This document shows, in pieces, positions 57,579 through 64,000 of a stretch of DNA of 64,000 nt. The DNA is from Candidatus Daviesbacteria bacterium (lineage in GTDB: Bacteria > Patescibacteriota > Microgenomatia > Daviesbacterales > UBA10151). The stretch is from the NCBI GenBank assembly GCA_016183245.1, contig JACPEY010000011.1, forward strand, positions 5,568-69,567, in the 5' to 3' direction. Each line of letters starts with the position of its first letter. The stretch's first letter is position 1. The notes beneath the pieces are model-generated. The model saw only the letters and a program-made list of their open reading frames with translations, searched no databases and was not told the DNA's origin. A program made the translations under genes and the position numbers.

Positions 57579-57755
57579 CGCGCCTGGAGGGAGTCGAACC
57601 CCCAACCGCCTCGTCCGACCCGCTCGCCAAAGTATTGCGCCTTCGGGGAGAATCGAACTCCCATCACTGGTTCCGAAGACCAGTACTCTATCCGTTAAGC
57701 TACGAAGGCTTTAGCGGGCGAGAGCGAGGTGCTCTATCCATTAAGCTACAGGCGC
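57579..57755 (-). tRNA. Outer tRNA-Arg interrupted in the anticodon loop by a 104-nt insert
   Basis: GCGCCTG/CAGGCGC acceptor, D arm with A20, CCTCG/CGAGG stem, GGGGG-TTCGACT-CCCTC T arm; 73 nt after removing 57619-57722. Confidence 0.85.
57638..57709 (-). tRNA. Inner tRNA-Arg(UCG)
   Basis: GCCTTCG/CGAAGGC acceptor, CTGGT-CTTCGGA-ACCAG, GGGAG-TTCGATT-CTCCC. Confidence 0.96.
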
Positions 57756-57769
57756 ACCTTTATATTTTA

Positions 57770-58588
57770 TCACTTCAGGAGTTCCAGTGCCCCATATAGG
57801 CCGGCATCATCGTGTAAAGTACCTAAAACAACCTGTGGAGCAGCAGGGTAGATTGTTAAAAATTCCTTAAGATATGTATTAACTTTTTCCAAAGGAATGC
57901 TTTTTGAAACACTGCCGCCTAAAACTATAATATCCGGTGACCAATGAACTGTTGTATTAACTAAACCGATTGCCAGAAACCTTGAGATTTCACTCCAGAT
58001 TTCCGGATCGTTTATTTTTTCTCCTTTTTGCCCGTAAATTTTTTCAAAATATGATCCTCCAATATAAGCTTCCAAGTGTCCTTTGCCGCCGCAATTACAT
58101 AAATTTCCATCCGGTACGATAATTTGATGTCCCGGTTCAAAATTGAAACTGTCTTCAGGGATTGTTCCATCAATTACTCTTTTTCCGCCCACCCCTGTCC
58201 CCAAAGCAATATAAGCAACCACCTGCATACCTTTCCCTGCCCCTTTTACAGCTTCACCGATGCCTCCTGTGGCAGTATCGTTTTCCAAAAATACTTTGCA
58301 GCCAAAGATTCTCTCCAGTTCTGTTTTCAAAGGTTTATTAATCCATCCGGAAATGTGAGGACTTTTGGCTAAACAGGTTTTTTCTTTATCAATAGGTCCG
58401 GCAATTCCGCCTGCTGTTCCTGTTATCTTTTCTCCATTTGATAACTCATTAGCTGTTTGTTTGATTGTCTGGATTCCCTGTTCAAAATTTTTTGGTGTGG
58501 GTACTGTTTTAGTTTCTTTAAGGGTTTGGCCGTCTGCAGAAACAGCAATCCGCATATTTGTCCCGCCAATGTCAAAAAGAAGAAACAT
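57770..58588 (-). CDS. ROK-family sugar kinase
   Basis: DIGGT, LEND, LGTGVGG, E.GH...CNCGGKGHLE. Confidence 0.92.
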   Translation of the reverse strand: MFLLFDIGGTNMRIAVSADGQTLKETKTVPTPKNFEQGIQTIKQTANELSNGEKITGTAGGIAGPIDKEKTCLAKSPHISGWINKPLKTELERIFGCKVFLENDTATGGIGEAVKGAGKGMQVVAYIALGTGVGGKRVIDGTIPEDSFNFEPGHQIIVPDGNLCNCGGKGHLEAYIGGSYFEKIYGQKGEKINDPEIWSEISRFLAIGLVNTTVHWSPDIIVLGGSVSKSIPLEKVNTYLKEFLTIYPAAPQVVLGTLHDDAGLYGALELLK

Positions 58589-58745
58589 GATAATTAGATT
58601 CTAGTCGCTAGAGTCCAGGACTGCAAGTATTATACCAGCATTTAATTATCACCTTTCTCTTACACAAAACTGACCTATTCCTAAAACAGCCTGCATATAA
58701 TCTATCAATATCTTAACAATAAGATAGTCAGGAGGTGATTAAAGA

Positions 58746-58922
58746 ATGCTAAAAAAAGTTATAGTTGGAGCAAGTAGTTTAGTGGCTGCATTTGTATTAA
58801 CCGTTGGTTTAGTAATGGCTCAAACGCCTACAGCATCACCAACATCCAGTCCGACATCATCTCCGGCAGCATCACCAAGAGTACCTGCAGCAGCACCTGC
58901 AACAGGTATGGGTGTGTATTGA
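58746..58922 (+). CDS. Small secreted Pro/Ser/Thr-rich peptide with APATG motif (58 aa, below cutoff)
   Basis: AGGAGGTG RBS; MLKKVIVGASSLVAAFVLTVGLVMAQTPTASPTSSPTSSPAASPRVPAAAPATGMGVY. Confidence 0.8.
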   Translation: MLKKVIVGASSLVAAFVLTVGLVMAQTPTASPTSSPTSSPAASPRVPAAAPATGMGVY

Positions 58923-58994
58923 GCCTGGAGGGTTTAAGAGTTGAGAAATAAAGGGCCTGCCACGTTCAGTTTGATGAACGTGGCGTGGTCGCAT

Positions 58995-59627
58995 ATGATG
59001 AAAAAGTTATCTGTTGTGCTTATTGTATTAATATTTGGAGGTTTAGGAGTTTTACTTGCATTAGGGCTTCTTTCTCAGAAGGAAATCTTATCTGAAAATA
59101 GTATCTCCGGAAGTCCGGATATTGTAAATGAAGATCAGCTCGAGCAGGAGCAAAGCAACAGTGTCGCCGAACAAGTGCAGGTTCTTGAGCCGCAAAGTAT
59201 CAGTATTCCCAAAATTAATGTTAGTGCTGCAGTTGAGTCCGTAGGTGAGGATAACAGCGGCAAAATGGATGTGCCGAAAGGCGTTTTTAACGCGGGCTGG
59301 TATAACTTAGGATATAAACCAGGGGAAAAAGGCAGTGCTGTTATGGCAGGGCATTTAGATACAATAACAGGCGCGCCTGCCGTATTTTACAATATTGGTA
59401 AGCTGCAAGCAGGTGACCAGGTGATTGTTACGGATAAAGACGGGAAAAATCTGATATTTGAAGTAACGGATGTTGAGACATATTCATTTGATAAAGTTCC
59501 TTTGCAGGAAGTGTTTGGAAGTGATGGTAAGCCGCGTTTGAACTTAATCACTTGTACCGGAACCTGGAATACAGGCAGCAGAAATTATTCAAACAGATTA
59601 GTAGTTTATACGGAACTCAAAAGCTAA
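58995..59627 (+). CDS. Class F sortase
   Basis: AGWY...PGE.G.AV.AGHLD, LNLITC.G, Y..RLVV. Confidence 0.9.
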   Translation: MMKKLSVVLIVLIFGGLGVLLALGLLSQKEILSENSISGSPDIVNEDQLEQEQSNSVAEQVQVLEPQSISIPKINVSAAVESVGEDNSGKMDVPKGVFNAGWYNLGYKPGEKGSAVMAGHLDTITGAPAVFYNIGKLQAGDQVIVTDKDGKNLIFEVTDVETYSFDKVPLQEVFGSDGKPRLNLITCTGTWNTGSRNYSNRLVVYTELKS

Positions 59628-60499
59628 CCTAATTTAATCAGTAAAACCCCTAAAACCATAACTGTTGTTGCAATCCAGGATTGTTTTGTTGGTTTGTCTT
59701 TTAAGAAAATATAACCCAATATCAGAATAAAGAAAATCTGTAACCTTTTCACCCCTAAAACTAAAGCCACAGGCCCTCCGTTTATATATGCATAAAAAAT
59801 TAGTAAAGAAACCAGCAGAAAGATCAGGCTCATTAGAAACAGAAGATTAAAGTTTTGCCTTAGTGCAGGTAGCCATGTTTTTCTTTCGCTTCTGAATAAA
59901 TACATCGTCATCAAAGCCGACTGGAGGAGCTGTTCTGAAAATACCGTAAAAGTCGGGTTTTGAGGAAAAGTATTTTGAACGCCGATTTTATCAAGTATGG
60001 CAGTGATGCTTCCGAAAAAGATGGCGAGAAGAAATAACAAAGATCCTTTTGTTTTAAACAATAACTTAAAAGGCTTGAAAATATCTTCTTTAGCCTGGTC
60101 AACATTTAAGATATATGATCCTATTATGACGGTGAAAAGCCCAACAACAGGAATAAGCCTTAAGGTCTCGGAAAGCATAGCTATCCCGAAAATATAGGTA
60201 AAAATTCCGGAAAAAGCGGTCAAAGGCAGAATTTGGGATATCAGATTATTTTTTATGGCATCGTTAAATATTGTTCTTGCTACGACAAAAAACAGGGAAG
60301 AACCCGCTACCCCCAGAACAAATGTTAAATTGAATGAAGGTATTCCCTGTAAAAGGGTAAGTGATATAAGGATTGGAAGAGTTAATGCGAAAAAAGACCA
60401 GGAAAGAAGGGCAGGGCTAACTTTCTCTAAAGCCTTTTTGCTTAAAATCACTTCTATTGCACCCAATATTGCTGATCCCAAAGCCAACCAAAACCACAT
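59624..60499 (-). CDS. EamA/DMT transporter
   Basis: Ten TMs in two repeats. Confidence 0.88.
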   Translation of the reverse strand: MWFWLALGSAILGAIEVILSKKALEKVSPALLSWSFFALTLPILISLTLLQGIPSFNLTFVLGVAGSSLFFVVARTIFNDAIKNNLISQILPLTAFSGIFTYIFGIAMLSETLRLIPVVGLFTVIIGSYILNVDQAKEDIFKPFKLLFKTKGSLLFLLAIFFGSITAILDKIGVQNTFPQNPTFTVFSEQLLQSALMTMYLFRSERKTWLPALRQNFNLLFLMSLIFLLVSLLIFYAYINGGPVALVLGVKRLQIFFILILGYIFLKDKPTKQSWIATTVMVLGVLLIKLG

Positions 60500-60570
60500 T
60501 CCTTCATTATAGTCTAAATAGAACTAAAATTTTTAGCTTCGTAAGGCGTCCCCTTTTGAAGCTATTATGA

Positions 60571-61422
60571 TTAAAGAAAGTAATTAAAAATATTTATGAT
60601 GCCGTTTTGGTCTACTGATGGAGCTATTAGATATTTTCCTTCTCCTTTTGTTTTGACTAAGCTTTTTAGATCTTCTGATGCATCCTCCATGGTGGCAACA
60701 TAGCCGCACAGATTCATAAATTCCCAATCCCCCAAAGTATCTCCAACTCCTAAAGCATCATCTAAAGATATACCCAAATTCTTGGCTGTTTTTATTAAAG
60801 AAGTTGCTTTGGAGGCATTTAAGGCAGTCATTAAAAAATATTCCCATGGATTGGTATACGGATGCAGGGTCCAGACGGATTTTATTAAACCATTATAATT
60901 TTTAAGTCCTTTTTCAATTTTTTGTCTGTCCGCTTTATTGAAGGCTATTGCTGTTAAACGGAAGATTTTATGTTTTTTTGCTTCATCAACTAAAGAATCA
61001 ACAATTATTGGCTCGCTTTGATTGATTCTGGAGCGTTTTAATATATACTCGTTTGAAGATCCTTTTTGAATTATTATGCCTTTTTCCGAAAATGCTTCTA
61101 TATGAATATTGTTTTTAATGCAGGTATCTATTATGTTTGAAACAAGGTTGTTATCAAGATAAAAAGTCTCAACAATTCCCTCTTCCAAAGGATTAATAAT
61201 TAAGGATCCTGAATTGGTAATATGAGGGTTATTTAGCCCGGCTTTTTTGATTAAAGGTTCTATGGCATGATGGAATTTGCCTGAGCAAAGTACTACAGGA
61301 ATACCCTTCTGCCTTACCTGTTTTAAAGCATCAATTACTTTTTTGGGAGGATAAGGAAAATTTACTCCAATTTTGTGCCCCACAATCACACCGTCTACAT
61401 CCAAAACAATAAGCTTAACCAT
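60571..61422 (-). CDS. Cof-like HAD hydrolase
   Basis: LDVDGV, CSGK, SKA, GDTLGD. Confidence 0.88.
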   Translation of the reverse strand: MVKLIVLDVDGVIVGHKIGVNFPYPPKKVIDALKQVRQKGIPVVLCSGKFHHAIEPLIKKAGLNNPHITNSGSLIINPLEEGIVETFYLDNNLVSNIIDTCIKNNIHIEAFSEKGIIIQKGSSNEYILKRSRINQSEPIIVDSLVDEAKKHKIFRLTAIAFNKADRQKIEKGLKNYNGLIKSVWTLHPYTNPWEYFLMTALNASKATSLIKTAKNLGISLDDALGVGDTLGDWEFMNLCGYVATMEDASEDLKSLVKTKGEGKYLIAPSVDQNGIINIFNYFL

Positions 61423-61451
61423 AAATAAATTATAACTGCTATAATCCAAAT

Positions 61452-62480
61452 ATGACAGAATCTGTTTTTGGAGAACTTAGAAGAGTTGCAAAACAAAGGA
61501 AGGATTTGCAAAGAGAAGCGCTACCCTTCTCTCCACTGGAAATAGAAAAGCCTATTAACCCCGGTTTATATAAATATTTCTTTGATACTCAGGTGGCAGC
61601 AGAGAAGCAGGGGGCAATGGATTATCGTAAGTATGCAGCCAGGGTCTGGCAGGATCTGGTAGTTGCGGTAGAGGAGCAACCACAAACTTTTGAGAATGAC
61701 CCAGCTTTTAGAAGATTTGAAGCCAACCTAATCCTAGGGCTGCAGGATATAGATATGAGGCAACACAGATATAGTGAATTAGTAGATATTTTAGGCGAAT
61801 TGGTTGCAAAATATGGTGAGTCTGTAAGAAAGGTAGCGATCTGGTCTACAGGTGATGATTCGGCAACAGGTTATCAGCCGGCGAAAATAGCACGATCAGC
61901 TATAATTGGAAGTTTTTCAAAAGCGATTAAAACTTATGATGGCGAGGAATCTAAGCGATTTATCGCAGAAAAAACAGCTTACATAATAGCGGATGACAAA
62001 TTTAAACAGCTTGAGGAACACCTAAAATCTTCCGGGGTGGCCAAAATAGTGGTAATTGAAGATAACAGAGGCAATTTAAGAAAAGTTGCTAAAATAATAG
62101 ATAGTCTTAATGTTAACAGGCCCGAAGCTGATAAATTGGAATTTATGCCTGTTTGGGCCACTTATAGCAGAGAAGGAATAGAAGCCAGGGAAAAGGCAGA
62201 AGCGGAAGAAACTATGGCGCAGTATGAAGATGAAAGAAATAATCTGAATGCAATTGATTCTCCTGTTGACTTACTGGATGATAAATTTGTTAAAGTATTT
62301 AATGGAGCTGATGTTTTCATAGATTTTGACGGGGTAATTGCAGATAATCTTACAATGCGTCCAGAACAGGCCAGAATAAAATACAGCAATCTAATTGGTG
62401 CTATTATGGAACGGGAAAAGGTAAATGCAAGCGAGGCTGAGAAAATAATTCTGGATAATTTAGCAAGAATTCGGATCTGA
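61452..62480 (+). CDS. Hypothetical protein with permuted HAD motifs
   Basis: IWSTG, DKF and VIEDN precede FIDFDGVI. Confidence 0.6.
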   Translation: MTESVFGELRRVAKQRKDLQREALPFSPLEIEKPINPGLYKYFFDTQVAAEKQGAMDYRKYAARVWQDLVVAVEEQPQTFENDPAFRRFEANLILGLQDIDMRQHRYSELVDILGELVAKYGESVRKVAIWSTGDDSATGYQPAKIARSAIIGSFSKAIKTYDGEESKRFIAEKTAYIIADDKFKQLEEHLKSSGVAKIVVIEDNRGNLRKVAKIIDSLNVNRPEADKLEFMPVWATYSREGIEAREKAEAEETMAQYEDERNNLNAIDSPVDLLDDKFVKVFNGADVFIDFDGVIADNLTMRPEQARIKYSNLIGAIMEREKVNASEAEKIILDNLARIRI

Positions 62481-62520
62481 TTATTGAAAATAGCAGGCTT
62501 AACAATATATACTTTAAAAA

Positions 62521-62787
62521 ATGAATGATACTAATAAAATGCTTCAGGCTATACTCAACGGCCAAAATGCCCTTAAACAGGAGTTAATAAGCAGAATAGA
62601 TAAAGTTGATCTTAAAGTGGATAAGGTGGGGAAGAAACTGGATAGAGTTGAAAAAAACTTAACCAAAAGGATAGACAGACTTGGTAAACAACTTGCCTAT
62701 TTAGATGATGATACACCAACCAGAGAAGAATTTGATGATCTAGAAAAGAGAGTAGATGAAATAGAAAGGGGTCACTCAGCTTTGTAA
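62521..62787 (+). CDS. Small coiled-coil protein
   Basis: Heptad repeats IDKV/VDKV/LDRV/IDRL. Confidence 0.65.
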   Translation: MNDTNKMLQAILNGQNALKQELISRIDKVDLKVDKVGKKLDRVEKNLTKRIDRLGKQLAYLDDDTPTREEFDDLEKRVDEIERGHSAL

Positions 62788-62792
62788 ATTAT

Positions 62793-63803
62793 ATGAAAAT
62801 TGGTTATATCGGTCTTGGCAGGATGGGGAAGAATATGGTCCTCAACCTTTTGGAAAAAGGGATTGAGGTGGTGGCATATAACCGGTCCCCTGAGCCCAGG
62901 GAAGAGCTGCAAAAAGAAGCCAGCCAGTTAAAAAGCGGATCAGAGAATTTAAAGGTAGCAGATAATCTGGGAGAGTTGGTGACAGAGTTAAGGAATAATA
63001 AAGAAGATCCTGGACAAGCCAGGATGACAGAAGGGGAGGACGGAATTGTGATCTGGTTAATGATCTCTGCCGGTGCAGCCATTGACGCTGTTTTGGAGGA
63101 ATTAAGCGATAAATTAACTTCCGGAGATCTGGTAATTGATGGCGGAAATTCCCTTTATACAGATACTTTAAGGCGGGGTAAGATGCTTTCCCAAAAAGGA
63201 ATCCATTACATGGATGCCGGCACTTCCGGCGGAATTGAGGGAGCAAGGAATGGGGCTTGTATCATGGCAGGCGGTTCTGAGGAGGATTTTAAGAAAGTGG
63301 AGCCTGTATTAAAAGCTGCTGCACAACCGGGCGCTTATGCTTATCTGGGTCCTCTGGGTGCAGGTCACTTTGCCAAAACAATTCATAACGGAATTGAGTA
63401 TGGCATGATGCAGGCAATCGGGGAAGGTGCGGCAATTTTGAAAAATTCCGGGTTTCCTTATGATTTGCGGGAAGTTTTCCGTATTTACAATACCGGCTCA
63501 ATTATTGAATCAAGGCTGGTGGGATGGACTTTGGCAGAACTTAAAAATGACCCTGAACTTGCCAATATTACCTCTGTTATCGGTTCAGGAGGTGGTGCAG
63601 GTAAAACAAAAGGAGAAGCTCACTGGACAGTGGAACTGGCTAAAAAATTAGGGGTAGGTGTGCCGGTTATAGAAGCATCGGTAGCAGTCCGGGACAACTC
63701 TGATCAGGATAAGGAAGATTCTCCCAATGGTTTCCGTAATAAAATAGTTGCTGCCATGCGCTGGCAATTCGGCAGACATCCGGTTAAGAAACAAATTCCC
63801 TAG
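62793..63803 (+). CDS. gnd: 6-phosphogluconate dehydrogenase, short form
   Basis: GLGRMG, IDGGNS, SGG..GA, HNGIEYG, MR.QFG.H. Confidence 0.93.
   Translation: MKIGYIGLGRMGKNMVLNLLEKGIEVVAYNRSPEPREELQKEASQLKSGSENLKVADNLGELVTELRNNKEDPGQARMTEGEDGIVIWLMISAGAAIDAVLEELSDKLTSGDLVIDGGNSLYTDTLRRGKMLSQKGIHYMDAGTSGGIEGARNGACIMAGGSEEDFKKVEPVLKAAAQPGAYAYLGPLGAGHFAKTIHNGIEYGMMQAIGEGAAILKNSGFPYDLREVFRIYNTGSIIESRLVGWTLAELKNDPELANITSVIGSGGGAGKTKGEAHWTVELAKKLGVGVPVIEASVAVRDNSDQDKEDSPNGFRNKIVAAMRWQFGRHPVKKQIP
63006..63028 (+). repeat. Right half of family B element in gnd
   Basis: GATCCTGGACAAGCCAGGATGAC versus GATTCTGGACAAGCCAGAATGAC in uvrA. Confidence 0.85.
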
Positions 63804-63832
63804 GTGTTCTATCTAGACCACCCCCCAGGTGG
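63798..63832 (-). repeat. Family A 35-bp element supplying the gnd stop codon
   Basis: CCCTAGGTGTTCTATCTAGACCACCCCCCAGGTGG; TAG at 63801-63803. Confidence 0.92.
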
Positions 63833-63846
63833 ATAAAAATAAAGTT

Positions 63847-64000
63847 ATGAAAAGCAAAAAATCTGCCTCTGAAATCCTGGTTAATATTCCTGCAGTTGTG
63901 CCGCTTTGGCAGCTTGAGATAAAAGAGATTACTGGGCATAATATTGAATCTGCCGGTAGAGAAGTGGTAAATGGACTGCTTAAAAAAGGATGGGTGCTTT
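63847..64000 (+). CDS. Hypothetical protein (partial)
   Basis: ATG at 63847, open to the window edge. Confidence 0.45.
   Translation, partial: MKSKKSASEILVNIPAVVPLWQLEIKEITGHNIESAGREVVNGLLKKGWVL

Noticed and set aside
57619-57722. Group I intron or bulge-helix-bulge intron in the outer tRNA
   Set aside because: Only 32 nt remain besides the inner tRNA, too few for a ribozyme core, and I could not draw a convincing bulge-helix-bulge.
145-63651. Many short antisense or overlapping ORFs in the track, including 23075-23257 and 52972-53160
   Set aside because: They are shadows of real genes or tRNAs, or lack any motif or RBS support.
1-64000. CRISPR array or cas genes
   Set aside because: The 35-bp repeats are dispersed or inverted, not regularly spaced, and no cas motifs were seen.

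Overview
AT-rich, gene-dense bacterial chromosome segment read with the standard code (TGA is a stop). The gene content and short leaders suggest a Patescibacteria/CPR organism, probably Microgenomates; this is inference. Housekeeping genes (uvrA/B/C, lexA, rsmI, a cysS/MshC-like ligase, typA, secG, corA, gnd, PBP1A, DacA) are mixed with signalling genes, a giant surface protein and small islands at two tRNA-Lys genes. The most striking content is non-coding. (1) A complete tRNA-Arg(UCG) sits inside the anticodon loop of a second, structurally intact tRNA-Arg, between two arms of a REP-like inverted repeat. (2) An HUH/Y1 (RAYT-type) transposase is bracketed by inverted copies of a 35-bp element; solo copies of that element are translated in frame inside uvrB and rsmI and supply the stop codon of gnd. 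(3) At least four other palindromic repeat families are inserted in frame in uvrA, the cysS-like gene, gnd, a nuclease and a second RAYT, and are nested inside each other. No CRISPR array, rRNA, integrase or prophage was seen. All product calls come from motif recognition by eye, not database searches.
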